In this document: in pieces, positions 38,150 to 52,106 of the stretch | Layout of the letters: each line of letters opens with the position of its first letter | Position numbering within the stretch: the first letter of the stretch is position 1 | Assembly: GCA_965153455.1 (NCBI GenBank) | Contig: OZ234493.1 | Span: 33,966,213 to 34,030,212 of the forward strand | Source: Sphagnum compactum | Taxonomy: Eukaryota | Direction of reading: 5' to 3' | Length of the DNA stretch: 64,000 nt | Notes under the pieces: model-generated | Told to the model about the DNA's origin: nothing | Seen by the model: only the letters and a program-made list of their open reading frames with translations | Databases searched by the model: none | Translations under genes and position numbers: made by a program

Positions 38150-39092
38150 TAAATAAGTGCCCCCAGTTTATAATGGGGGTTAATATTAGCTCAGGCTGAA
38201 AATTGTGAAGAACGGTTATGGAAATAGAAATTTCATGTAGTCTATGGTTAGGCTCAGCATGCACGCAAAGTGACTTGATTATTTTTCTTTTAAGTTTTGG
38301 GTGGGCGGGGGGGGGGGGGGGAGGGGGAGGATTTTTTTTTCATTTTCCCTTTGTTCCCAACATGTTCCCTAGGTTCCCAATGTCTTCCCCAAAGGTGTTC
38401 CCAATAGCACCTCATTTTAATCCCATATGTTTTGCCCAAAGTCCTCCCCTTCTCACCTATATAGTTGGGCCAAAGGGGGAGGAGGTACTCCATCTTTCCA
38501 TAGAATCTTCTATTTTGGGGAAGCCTTCATAGTTTCAATTTTTTTTGTGATGGGCCAATCAAATTGGCTCATTGCAACAAAAAAAACGTTGAACTTGTGA
38601 GGCACCCCCAACTAATTAATATGAAACAGGGTATTAAATACCCCCCAGTTCATAGGGTGTTCTTTGCGAGGAGTATTAACCTAGGCCAAAAATGGTGACC
38701 AACTCTTTTGGGAAGAGAAATTCCATGCTGCCAATGGGAAGGCCCAAGCATGCACTCAAGGTGCCTTGCTTTTTTTCCTTTTAAGTTTTGTAAGGAAAAG
38801 ATTTTTTTTCATTCTTCCATGGTTCCTACTATGTTCCCTTTAAGTTCTCATGAAGTTCCCAATATGTTCCTCAACATGTTCTCCATAGCACCTCACTTTT
38901 ATCCCAATATGCTTTGGCAAATGTTGTCCTCCTTTCACCTATATAGGTGGGCCAAAGGGAGGGACTGTATACTTCAAAAGAGAACCTTCTATTTTGAGGA
39001 GCCACCATATTCTCATTTTTTATGAGTGATGGGCCAATCAAATTGGCTCATTGCAAAAAAAAAATTGAACTTGGGAGGCAACTCATTTAATT
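38150..39092 (+). repeat. Two head-to-tail copies of the same dispersed repeat (~38150-38625 and ~38640-39092)
   Basis: Both begin CCCCCAGTT and share GCATGCAC, TTTTAAGTTTTG, CACCTATATAG.TGGGCCAAAG and GTGATGGGCCAATCAAATTGGCTCATTGCAA. Confidence 0.8.
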
Positions 39093-39539
39093 ATAGTGAG
39101 ATGCCTCCTCCATACAGGAGATGAGACTTTACTGGTATGTCAAAAGATTGGGTATTTGGGCACACTTAAAACATTACAAGCAGAAAGAATGTCAACAAAA
39201 TAGTTCTAATCTGCAATCTCAGTAGCAACTAAATAGACCAAATTCTCAATTGGCATAACACAGATGATGTGCTCTTTGATGATTGACACATTTGGAAGCA
39301 GACAAACAAATTGTTGTCAAAAACACTTACTAAAAAGAACTTAATGGAAAAGGTTTTACATGATGACACATAACACTTGAAATCTCTACTCTCTTCAGCA
39401 CACATAGTCAGAATTCCTTACAAAAGTATTAGGTTCAGCTGGAAGCAATAATAGATCCAGCTTGTAAGTAGTGTTGTGCAGTTCTTTCTTTTTCAAGGAA
39501 AGAACTGGTGTGAGATGAAAAGGAGTAGGACCAGACACA

Positions 39540-42450
39540 TTGGATGAAGACCTAATGGAAAATGTTTCACTTCAGCTATAGCAGAAGCCTATAGGAGAGT
39601 AGTTACTTGATAAGTAATCTTCTTCCTTTGTGGATATGAGTATGTAGGAGTTATCTGTTGCAGGTTAATGGTTTCAGAAGATTTGTGGTGTGTGTTTGTG
39701 TAATTGAAGGCAAGATGGTGGATGAGCTACAATTTTGTTTTGTGTTTTTGATGGTTCTTGGTGATGGTGGGTTCCATGGAGATGCTTCAATGGCTGAGTT
39801 TGAGGAGGGGTTATCAACAAAGAACATAAGAAGGTGGGTTTTTAGAAAGCTATGCATCTTTTCTTTTGCTTGGAACTTTGGGTTTGTTATTAAAACATTT
39901 TCTAATTCTATTGGTCTTGAGGAAGTTTTGTTGTGTCTGCTTGGGAAGAATGCCTCCAAGCATATCATATGTAATCTTTCTCTCCAACATTTGTTCCATT
40001 GCATATTAGAATTAGAAAATAAGATTCTATTCATTTAAAAATCATGAATAAAGGTGAATAGAAATGATGGACGTGATGATAATCCATAGACGGCAATTAG
40101 CATGGTCTGAAGAAAACATCACTGTGAGTTTGTGAAGGGAACTCTGAGAAGATTGCATTTGGGGAAGTGAAACTCAATTCATTGGGAACTTTGGGCATAT
40201 TGTGTTGGCATTTTCAAGGGTGGGAATGTTGAAGTTAATCTGTTTAGGATCTCTACATTCAATTGATTGTTGTCAAAAGTACTTGAGTGAATCTATGGGA
40301 GAAATGGGGTGTCAACTGTGGACTAATGTGGACTAATGTTAAATGAAACTTTGGTAACCAACAAAGAGTAGTTCGGAGAGGTATGATCCACCGTTTCTAT
40401 TATTCCATCATGATTAGAAATTTCACTTAGGTAATACACTTAAAATAACAAACAAAATTTGGTTCATTGGGATGCATAGTAAGAAGACAATGTTCAAACA
40501 AAATTGTTTAATGAAGTTTTTTGAATTAAGTAGGAAATATATTTTTTGAAGGTTTGTTGTATGATCTCCAAGTTTGTTCATTGTATGCTATAAATATATG
40601 AGAGGTGAAAATAACTTCTTTTTTTGTTACATTTTCATGTAAGGGCTGTGCATATAGACTTTTAACCCTTGACTAGTGGTTTTCAAAAATCAAAGAACCA
40701 ATTTTGATTTTTAATCCTGATGGTCCTCAAAACATAAAAAATTAGACAAAGAACCAACCCTAAACCACAATTTCTTTGGTGATTCTTTTAAAAACCCATT
40801 TTTTTGTTGAAATTTTTCAAAAAATGAAACCCAATCTTATATTATTTTGAAATTTTTTCAAAAAAGGAACCATAGTTTTTTAATTTTTTAAACCCAAGAC
40901 AAAAGCCAAAGAAAAAGGTTATTAACAAAATCAAAGAATCGTCAAACATTGGTTTGTAAGACTATATTATGGGATCAAAGGAGGTTCAATAAAAAAAATA
41001 TATCTAGATGAAGACCTAATGAAAAGGATCAAGCCACTGAAAGATGAATTTGAGACAAAAGAACAAGCGGTTGATGTTGATCTTTTTTTCTTTTTAGTAG
41101 TTATGAGTGTGGGTTTGTCTATTACAAGTTTATGGTGTTGCTCTAGTGTGTTTTAATTCATGATGACGATAAAAACAATGGCTTGTTTATTTGCCTTTGA
41201 TGTTCTTTGGCGATAGTGAAGTTCAATAAAAAGCATTGTTGGAGGAATTCAATGAAGAAGCGGGAGACGAAGGATATCAGAAGGGGCACCTTGTTGATAA
41301 GATAAACATCTAGGTTTCTTGGTAGTAATTGCTAGATATGAGTAAGAAAGTGGTTGTTTTTGTTTGTTGTTTGGAACAATCTATGAAGGAAGGCTCCAAT
41401 GTTTTAGTTCTATTGGATTCTTGAAGTTTTATGTTGTGCATAAGAATCCACAAGATTAAGTTGTGTAGGATTACAACATAATAAAATGTGTGATACTTGG
41501 TAAAAGTGATGAAGAGCCCTAAGGGACAAAAAGGCTAGTTTATGGAAGGCATCAGAACGATTAGGTTTTGAAAGTGTTGGGTGTGTGGAGAATTCATATT
41601 CAAGAACAAATTCAGATTGTTGGGAACTTTAGGGAAATTGGGTTATGAATTGCATGAAAGGAAAAATGAAGGAATAAAATTGTGTTTAGTGCTAATGTCT
41701 GACAATGTCCCTATTGAATTACCTTAATGTAGTTGTGGGTTAGTTCATGATGTCTTTGAACACTAAAGGAATCATTGATGTTAAAAGAAGACCATGATAG
41801 CCATTTGAAAGATGTCCGAAAAGATTTGATCCACTAAGTCACATTCTTATCATGTTGTCATGGTTCTATATGTCAATTGATTAGGACAGTTGATTATTAG
41901 AAATATTGGTCATTGTAAGAACATATGTAGATTGTGGAATAACTTGTTAATTGTTGGATAATCCACAACTTTCTTCCTAAAGATAATTTGTGACCTAAAA
42001 TGAGCAAAAAGGGAAAAGTGAAAAATGTTTTAAGCATGACAAACATAATCCAATGCCTGATGTAAAATCTTGATCATTCACCATAATGGTGATTAGTTTT
42101 GCTCCAAGTTATTGGTTGTTTGCCTGTGTTGCATTATGTTTACAAGTGTTTATATTCATAGAGGCAACATGATTGTTGATGCATGATCTATTTCTTTTGT
42201 TGGTAACTTCATACACTTATCTTTTTTGTTGTTTGCTTTTGAAGATGGATTGAAGAGCTTTGCGATGGTTGGTTTTTTGGATTTTATGGCACAACAAGAA
42301 ATGATGCAAGTTTATGTTATAAGGAGCAGAGATTTGCTTGGATTCGACATCTTGGTGGTATTATAAAAAGAGCTAGGTTTTCTTTGTTGGTTGTGAATGA
42401 TGAATGTGGAAGCTCAATGTGGATAAAGTAAGGTGTTTCTGTTTTTTGTG
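39540..42450. repeat. Highly diverged duplicated segments (old, unclassified TE remnants)
   Basis: GATGAAGACCTAATG at 39543 and 41008, each followed by weakly collinear sequence. No recognisable protein. Confidence 0.3.
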
Positions 42451-45400
42451 TAGTTGGGGAAAAATGCCCCATTGTTGATGTTCTTTTTTTTCTTTAGAAC
42501 CAATTTATTTCGTTGTGCTATGAAGTTCACCTAGTAGAAGATACAAGATTCTAGTTAGGATTTAGGGACCAATTCAAGGAAAATGATGAAAGTGTCGAAG
42601 GGGTTTATGAATGGTCTAAATGGTACGTTCAATTGTGCTTTGGGTTTTCAAAGCTTTTAAGGGAAACAATAAGATCATCTATGTTTGGAAGAGAGCACCT
42701 ACATTGTTGTGAGAACTTTGGAAGCAAAATGGGATTCTTAGGATGTATATGGGTGTCATGGGAAAAATTTGTTGTTTTGTTCAATTCCTTTTTGTTTCTC
42801 TGTCCAACTTCTAAGGGTGAAGGATCTGGTTGGTATATGAGTGTCATCCAGTGTTGGGAAACATTTTATCATGTATGAATTGCCACATAAAAGACTAATT
42901 GGTTCTTGATAGGAAACCGAAGAGTTCTAATTCCTTGAGGTCCATAGTTTATCTTTCCTTGGTGTCTAAGCTATAGGAATGTAAGGTAGATGGATGTTGT
43001 ATTTTGATAATCCACATTGATCATTCGATGTTCTAGCAAGACAACTTTTATTATGTGTATTGTATCAAGGTGTTTTAAAACCAAACAACCTTTCTTTTTT
43101 GGCTACAAATTGTCCTCAATATGATCATAATATGTTTTAAATGATATGTGGTGAACTATTGTGAGATTGGCATAACCCCCCTTTTTTGTTATATTAGCAC
43201 ATGAATTATGCCATCAAATTCATTGTCAAGAAGTAACTCACATTATCACCCAAAATCTATCTTCAAGTTGTTGAAAAACAAGTGGTACTAGCTTTACCTT
43301 TTATGACAAGTTAGACAAAATGTTGAAGGGATGATGGAATTGTGTGACGTTAGGTAATTTGTGTTATTTAAAGCCAAGTACTCTATCAAAATAAGGGCTT
43401 ATGCAATAGGGAATCAAACATGGGCTTGATTTTAGTAAAGTTGATAGACAAGGACTTTATCATATGTAAAACCTTGTGTCGTTTTTCCTCTTTTTCTTGC
43501 AATACCCATTGGGTATCAAATGGGTATCATGGGACAAAAGAAAATGGAGGTGTTTCAAAGTAGAATGCATGGAGTGAACATTCCTTTTTTTGAAAGGCCC
43601 CTCACAAGTGAAGCACAAATATGTTGGGTAACATGTCGTCCAAATACACTACCAAAATCCCAATAGGATTCTACGAATGCAAAATGAGTTTGATTAAGAA
43701 GAGTAGCTAGGTTTCTAGTTGTCTTCCACACATTAGTTCTTTTAACTAAAAGCCAAAAATCTACCCAAATTTGCACACTAAGGTAGAAATCTTCCTTTGA
43801 GTAGGGACAACAAAGCTACTGAAACAAGCCATTAAGAAATAAGACCATATCTACATTCAAATTGGGAAATTTGACATCCAAATATATATATTTTTTGTTT
43901 CCACTATGCAAATGAAGGTTTTGTCCTTTCAAATCTTGGTTCCAAAACATGTGCATTTGAACATGTCATGTGAAATGTTAAGTGTGTTAATTTAACTGCT
44001 CAATTAAGTCCCATTTAGTTAGGGATAAATTAGATTAGTTAAGTTGATTAGTTTTATTTTGAACTCGTTTATGTGTGAACAAGGTTTGAGATATTTTGTC
44101 ATGAGATATAATCCCAAGTTGTGTGATCTCAAATCACTTTTGGTGATTTAAAATTCCAAGGCATGGTGTTTTCATGTTTGTAAATTTTTTTTTGTGTTTT
44201 GTAGTTTTATTTGATTCATGGTTTTTGTTATTTATATGTTTTGGGCTTGGATTCCTGCTTGTTGCAGGTGAGTCATATTTTGAATCACCAAAAGTGTTAG
44301 TTAGTTGTTTTTGTGCTGCAACTAGGCTAGATTTGTTTAACACTGAGTTTTGGTTTTGTTTTGTCTATATTATGCGTGTGATTTGATTAGTAACAAGTGT
44401 TGCGTAGTTTTGTTTTGTTACAAATTAGTTTTTGTAGGAATTTTGCTCGGGTTGGAACAATCATCGATTTGTGTCTTGGTTTGCTTCTTGAGCTAAAAAA
44501 GTTCACCTGACAAAAACAATGATTTTACAATGTTTTTTTATGATTATCTTCAAGCATTCCATGGGGAGTTGAACCCCAATTGGGCTTGGGTACTTATGTC
44601 TTGGGCATGGTTGATTATATGGGGGTCTGACATAGCAAAGCCCATGAAGAAGAATAAGAAGAAGAGTTGTAATGTGTAGTTGTAGCCCAAGGAAAAGAAG
44701 AGGGAAGAGGAGAGGAGGAAGAAGAGAGAGAGAGAGAGCAATTTAAGCTATGACCTTTACTAGGCTTAAATGTACACCACCTAGATTAAGCCTACATTTA
44801 GATGACCTAGGTAGGAAAATCCTATTTCATATTGAATTTGGCTTTTAAAGTTGAGCCTTTTCAATTGGCTCATCCCAAGTGGCCTTCCTTTTTAAAATAT
44901 TTCTTATGTCTTGGATGCTTATGGTGCATCTATCAATATTACTCATCATTTGGAAAGGATGACAAACAATATGGAACAAACTTTTGGGAGAGAGAAACAT
45001 TTTCATGTCCACACAACACTAAAGCCTTTTAGTTCACACAACATTATTCCTAAATAACTACATAAGATACATAAATTAAATAAATAAAGAGGTAGGTAAA
45101 TATGTATATTAATTAAGCTAAAATAAAAATTAGTAATAGTTAATGTCTAGTTATTTAAGTATAATTAATAATTACAACCAAATTATAACTAATTTCTACA
45201 AATTGGACCTAATTCATTATATATTATCAACAATGTATTTGTAATAATTAATATTTAACTACTCAATTACACATTCATTAGTGTATTTTAGGTAAATAAC
45301 TATGTTACCTATAGGTTAAAGTATAGGTAAATAGGTGGAGTATAAGTAGGGTATGTATAAATAAATACACCTCCATATAAGCTACTTGTATTTAGGCTAT

Positions 45401-45464
45401 TTAGTCACATACTTACATTACATAAATTAAATAGGTGGCAAATTTAACCTAGGAAAAATTAATT

Positions 45465-46600
45465 ATAACAAAACTAATGATTGGTAAAATAATAATGCTT
45501 AAACAACAACTAAAGTAATTATGGCAAAACTAAGAATGGTTAAACTAATTGTGGCAAAACCAATGATGAATAAACTAACCATGAATAAAGTAATTATGGC
45601 AAAATTAATGATCATTAAATTCATAATGGTTAAATCAACAAAAAATGAAAAATAATTATGGTTCAATTAACCATATTCAAATAAATGATGGTTAAATATA
45701 TAATGATTAAACTAATTTTGGGTAAAATAATTATGGCAAAACCACCAAGGTTAAATTACAAATGGTTAACCTAATTAATGAATAAATATTTTACAGTTAA
45801 ACCAACCATGGCTAAACTAGAAATGGTTAAAATAACCATGAGTAAATAAATTTGGCTAATCTAACCATTAATAAATTAATATGGCTAAACCAACTAATGA
45901 ATAAATATTTTATGAAAAATCAAGTATGCAAAAAATAATTATGGCTAAAGTCAAAATGGTTAAAATAATTATGAAAAAACCAACCATAAATAAATTAACA
46001 AGAATTTTAAATTAATTACGGGTCTATTAATTATGGTTAAATTTATTAGAGTAAAATAACTAATATGTTAAAATAAATATAGCTAATTTAATTAGGCTTA
46101 TATAACCATGGTTAAATTCATTATGGCAAAACCAACAATGGCCCAACCAATAATGGTTACACTATTATGCTAAATTAATTATCATGGCTAAACTTACTAG
46201 GGCTAAACCAACTATTGTTAAATTGACCATGGTTAAACTATTTATAGTTGCTAAATTACTTATGGCTAAACTAGCCATAATTAAACTAAATATGGCCAAA
46301 AAATTGATGGAATAATTAATTATGGATAAATGAATCATAGTTAAACTAAATATGGCTAAACCAACCATGGTTAAAATATATACAAGTAAAAAAATTATGG
46401 TTAAACTAACCATAATTACTGAACATGATTAAATTGACCATGGTTATATTAGTTATGGTTAGTTTAAACTTTAATTAATTTTTTCATAGGTAGTTGAACC
46501 ATAATTAATTTCAATATATTCAATTTAACCATGGTTAAATAAACCATATATATAATTAATTTAACCATAATTAATTTGATGATGATTCATTTAGTTATGA
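45465..46600. repeat. 15-bp degenerate minisatellite (consensus ~ATGGTTAAACTAATT/AACC), roughly 70 units
   Basis: Clear 15-nt periodicity of ATGGYTAAA, with a near-palindromic core TTAACCATGGTTAA. Orientation appears to flip near 46440. Confidence 0.8.
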
Positions 46601-47739
46601 TTAACTAACTTTTACATTTTCCAACTTTTTTTTAATTGGTCAAACATAATTAAAATGTTACATGTAGTCCTGACATACCCAACTAATATTGGAATTTGTA
46701 ATTGGCCTTTTTGATTAAGTCATTGGCCATTTTGACTAAGCCTACTTTTAGCCCTATTGATTGAGTATAATAGGTGGCTTTATTGACCAGGGCAATTGCT
46801 AATTTGATTAGATTGGGTGGTCTTATTGACCAAGCCACTAACCAATTTGATTAAGTGGTATTTTAAAGTCCAATTTGACTAGATGTCCGATTTGACTAAT
46901 TATCAAATTGGTCATTCTAGTCAAATTGATTAGTCAAAAGTACCCATTATCATTCAAGCCTTTGGCCTCTAGTAAAAAAAACCCATTTAATCAACTTGGT
47001 TAGTTTGAAAAAATAGGAATTCTAGTAATGCCTCTTGGTAATATGTGTTTATTGTTCAATGTGAAATTTTAGGTGAAAGGTTATGTGCATTCCCAAGCGT
47101 GCCATTATTATCGCAGTGAGTTTAAGAGTTGTGGTTGGTGTGGTTAATGGTCTAGCATGGGATGGGGCCACCACCTAACCTTGATCATTGAATAGGTTTT
47201 GCTTGACTCTTGATCTACCCAGACATGTTGATTAGGTGGTAATTGATGTTTAGGTTATATTTATAGATATGTTTAAATTTCATCACCAGGATGTCCCATT
47301 GTTTGTTGTTGTGGTGAATCTGGGTTGATGACCAGTATACCATTTTTTTGTGTTCACAATGTGCCCTAGTTTTGTTGGCCCTGTGAAATGTTTTTATGAG
47401 TGCAAATGCTTTAGGCTCCAACCATACATGTGTGGTATCCTTGGGTTCATGTTACGAGGTTTATGTTTTGGGGGTTGGTTAAACCACAACATGTTTGACA
47501 TCCTTGTAAATTTAGTTTGAACCATCACATGTGTATCATTTTTTTGTGATTAGATTTTAAGGGGGATACCCAAGTTAGGGTTTAGGTTCATCACGAAAGG
47601 GGAACGAGATCCAGGGACAGGGAACAAGATTACCATCATTAATGGTGGTCTAGTTCAGACCACCTACACCACCTTTATCATTATTTGGGGTGTGTTTTTA
47701 AATTTTGAGATAGATTTGTTTTCAAGGTCTATCACCCCA

Positions 47740-48560
47740 CCACTATTGTGGGACATGGAAGAAATGTATGGAACCACCAAAGGGCCCTATTGATATTCGA
47801 GGGTGGTTGGCACCATTGAGCTGGATGATTTCATCCAGGGATTTAACAATTGGTGTGATATGTAGCAAATGCATAATCCCTAGGTGTTCTCACTTTTCAT
47901 GGCATGGAAGAGTTTGTTTTAACATTTGGAAGGGCGACCTTTGGATGACTATCATGAGTTCAGGCATGCCCATGAATTTAGACTAAGGAGTGATGGTTAC
48001 ACTAGTCTCCCAATTATGTTTCTATCATTAAGGGAATTATGGCCCCGATTGATGTAATGGCAACAGTTGGCACTAGTTCAACAAGTGGAAGTGGAAACAC
48101 TAGAGGTAATGGAGTCACTAGAAATGGTGGGACCACTGGAAGTGGTGGAATTACTAGGGGTGGTGGTGTAGGGGCATCCATTAGTACGTGGGGTCCATTG
48201 TTTGCATTCAACCCAGTTGTGGAATTTTTTCATGAGTTGTGACGGAATTACCAAGCGCTTAAGATTGAAAAGCTACGAAGTTTGCAAGATTTCTAGTGTA
48301 AGCCCCATGAAAGCTTGCAAAAAGCCTATGCACGGATCATAGGTTGATCATGGTGACACACGGTGTCATAGAAGCCTAAATAGGCAATTTTGGTCTGGGA
48401 TCCAAAACAAGGAGCTTAGGCGTTGAATGCGGGATGCCATTATATTGAACTTGCCCAACCCACTTTGACCAATGTGTTTCAATTATTGAAAAGGATTGAA
48501 ATGAACATGGTGGAAGAATGGGTGGTCACCCTTGGGTTTAACAAAGAAAACCCAAAGAAT
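47740..48560 (+). mobile_element. Degenerate Gypsy-type gag remnant
   Basis: Broken frames give LELDDFIQGFNNWCDM...AWK..F.HLEGRPLDDYHEF, a Gly/Thr-rich linker, NPVVEFFHEL.RNYQALKIEKLRSLQDF..KPHESLQKAYAR and TLTNVFQLLKRIEMNMVEE, a retrotransposon gag-like layout. Confidence 0.6.
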
Positions 48561-49023
48561 TTTCCAGCACCATTAGGTGAATGATAATCGGGTAGTTTTT
48601 TGTACAATTTGAATCCTATATATATCTCAAAATAACAAAGTTTTCAATTGTAAGCCCTTTTTTTTTTTTGTCATTTCATTGTCATTGGTAATGCATAGCA
48701 ACGCGAAGCCCAAGTGGAATAAATCAAAGTGTTATTGCACTTGCTGAAAATCTGAAATTTCATTCATTTTCCAAACACATTAATTGCAATTTCACTTTAT
48801 ATGAACCCAAATAACTTCTAGAGAAATCTAGGTGAAATATTATTCTACTGAAAACATGGTTGCTAATATTTTCACTAAAAGTTTACCTAGAGAAAAACAT
48901 TCATGATTATTGTACCATTAAAGTTCATGTTGTGTCCTTAGAATCAAAACTTATCCCAACTTAATGGAAGTGTTAAATAATAAGTTAGTATACAATTTGA
49001 AAGGAAATTAGTTAAGAAACTTA

Positions 49024-50014
49024 GGGCCACTTTAGACAAGGGTCCAAAGAGCAGGGTCCAATGAAATTGAACATTCATGTCAAGAACTTTAAATTGGTCC
49101 CAAGGCCTTTAGATGAAGGTCCAAAAGCAAGATAAATCAAATTGTGATTTAACTTACATGGCATTGTTTTGGAGGGAATACCAATTGATCTAAACCAGAA
49201 AAAAAAAAAAAACTTAAAATAAAGCTCATGGTTTGGAGAACCAAAGTGTAAACTACGGTCGAAGGTTGTTCATTTTTTTGTTTTTTGATCTTTTCCACTA
49301 TTTTTTTTACCCATGTTGCTCAATTTTTGTGAGAATGGAAGACATGTTATGGATTAAAGACATTGTTGAGAACACACCAGCTCCCCCATTTTTTACCAAT
49401 TCTAGAGTTGACATGGTTAGTTTTGTGAATCCTTAAAAGGTGGTTGCTAAAAGGAATGCATTTCTAGCCCTTCTAAATGCACAAAATGGAGGAGAATTAG
49501 AAGGTAGGGTAAAAAGTGGAGGGTTGAAGTTTCAATTTTCACAAGTGGAAGGGAATTTGGATTTACAAAAGATCCCTAAACCGGTTCCCATTCCAAAGAA
49601 AAAAACACCAAGGAAGAAGGTAATTGTGGTGAAAGATGAAAATGAAAAAGGTGAATTTTTTAAAAAAAATTGGGTGAATGGTGAAGTCCCACACATCATT
49701 GCTCTAAGAGGATAAATGGAGCTTGAATTTGACAAAAATGAAAAAAGCAAGGTAAATTTTGTCATCATTAAAAAAAACAAAAATCAATTTTGAAACCCTA
49801 GTTGTGCATGTCAACACAATTTGATTTAAGGTTTGAAACTTGTAACAAGTAAAGGAAATTTTTGCAAGATCAAATTTTAATTAATATTGGCGCCTCAAAT
49901 TGGACCCCAAGCCTTTGGACACACTCATTGTACCTTAGGAAACAATGTTTTTTTTTAATGTGAAGAAAGGGTTCAATTCAAGCATAGTCCTCGGACCCTT
50001 GTCTAAAGTGGCCA
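49024..50014 (+). mobile_element. Non-autonomous PIF/Harbinger element with a Myb/SANT(trihelix)-like ORF fragment and TTA TSD
   Basis: TIR GGCCACTTTAGACAAGGGTCC at 49025-49045, inverted at 49993-50013. TTA at 49021-49023 and 50015-50017. Internal ORF ...KKNWVNGEVPHIIALRG*MELEFDKNEK resembles helix 1 of the Harbinger Myb-like protein. Confidence 0.85.
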
Positions 50015-52106
50015 TTAATTACAAAGGAACGCAACCATTCTGAAGAGCTATGATTCTTGAACTATTTAAAACACATGGTGGGTTAAACTTGTAAGAGTAT
50101 TATAAGTTTTTATGGTTGGGAGGATTCGTTTATTAAAATATTTAATTTATGAATATCTCAAATTTTCAACATTAGAGTCCATGATCTCATCTATGTTGAG
50201 AATCCTTCCATCAGGACCACAAAACATGAAGAGATGAAGAAAGAAAAAACATGCACATAAACAAGGATCCTTTTCAGAGCTTTTCTCAATTGGGTATCCT
50301 CTGAAAATTCTTTGGAGTTGAAGATGCTCTTCTTGCCTCCTGGAGCTTTTGGGGCATTGGAAAGGGCTTGCACTGAAAAGAAGTTGCCATCACTAAACAT
50401 TTTCATCAAATCTCCAAGCTCAAGCAATGCATTTTTTAGTAGAATTCCAAAACCAAGGTAAAAATTGTCCAAGGTGTTGATCTATAAGATTTTTGTCCTC
50501 CCCATCATCATCATCTTCCCCTTCACACCTAGGAGGACAAAAGGCATATTCATAACATGCCTCCATTCGTGCGTTGGCATTGAATAAGAGAGGAATAATC
50601 GTTAGTTGAACTGTTGTTGCGGCATTTTGCTACAACAAAAGATAGAGACTATTGTTTCATCTTATTCCTCTCAATGAAATTAATCCCACCACCTGTCTCC
50701 TCTGGACATTTTTTCACCATTATTGAACATGCATAAGAGCGATGGAGCCATTTCAATTTGCAAACCCTCTTTCCTTGAGTCCACAGAAGAAGAATCTTGT
50801 GCATCATCATTACTACTTTTTTACTCATTATCTTGTGATGAAATTGAATCTTTTCATGCATTCGAAGAAGGATTGATGCCATCCCCATATTGGTTGCCTA
50901 CTTGCACCGGCTTTAATTTTGAACATGAAAGTGCACCTCAAAAATCCCACCATTGATCAATGTTCTATTTTTGACTCCTAGATAGAAGGAGTTAATTTTT
51001 GTGTCTTTTAACAATTTTTTGTGTGGGGGCAAAGACAAACCTAAGCAAAATAAACTTCAAAAAACTAGACCACTTACAATGCTTGTACAAGTGATGAGAA
51101 ACCAACCACAAGGCGCAATGGAAGAGAGAAAAAAGTAAACCATTTTAATCAATTAGTATGATGAGTTCAAAAAGGAACAAAATTGTTTGTGTGTTTTAGG
51201 GAAAAGCTTGTGAAAGTTTGAGAAATTGCCATGTGGTGAAATAAAGGCATTGAAAACAACAAATTTTGCTCACAAATCCCTTTTCCTAGGTTTTTTCCTA
51301 AAGTTTTTTCCTTTGTACAAGTTAAGGATGAACATTGGCACACCAATTAGCCAAGGCTTATGATGTGTTGAGTTGGAGCTAATTGATGATGTCATAGAGG
51401 AACTTGAGATAAGGTTGGTTGATGATGTTAAACACACCACCAAAGAGGATGGATTATTATTCCAATCTCCAAAGGAGGGGGAGAAAAATGGATGGGGAAA
51501 ATGGAATGCAAAGATGATGGGTAAGTATTTGAATTCAACTATAAGGAAAGGTGGTGTGGGGGGTAAAGAAATTTGTGTTTAGGATGAAGAAGCACTTTGG
51601 TATTGAACTATTCACCAGTACATGTAACTAACCCAACAAAATACAAAATGAAAAATTCATGAATTAAGAATTTCATATCCTTCTATATTTGTCCTTTAAA
51701 ACTATTACCTATATATCATTAAAAAAAAGATCTAAAAAATTATATCATTTGAAAACTTGCTCCTCCATTGAAGAACTTACATTATGAAGAATTAAACTCT
51801 TAATTAGACATATAGCAAGTTTGCATGCATTAAAAATATTGATTAAAAAGTTTGAGTTTGAGGTTGTTGCTTTGCAAAGGTTTACTAATTAATCAAAATC
51901 AAATGCGATGACCAACTACAACAAGCTCACCTATGTACTCATCTCCACCAAGTCTCTAATTTTAATAACACCACAATTTGGCTTCCTTGCATCTATCCCT
52001 ACTAACATCTATTTTTACATCATGCAAAATGGTAACCACAGTGAAAATGGCAACTAAAAGGACAAAGAATCCTAAATAAGATCAGAATAAGTTGAACAAA
52101 ACCTAT

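Noticed and set aside
46165..46413. Hydrophobic pentapeptide-repeat ORF (MVSLT/IISLA)
   Set aside because: Translation artefact of the 15-bp minisatellite.
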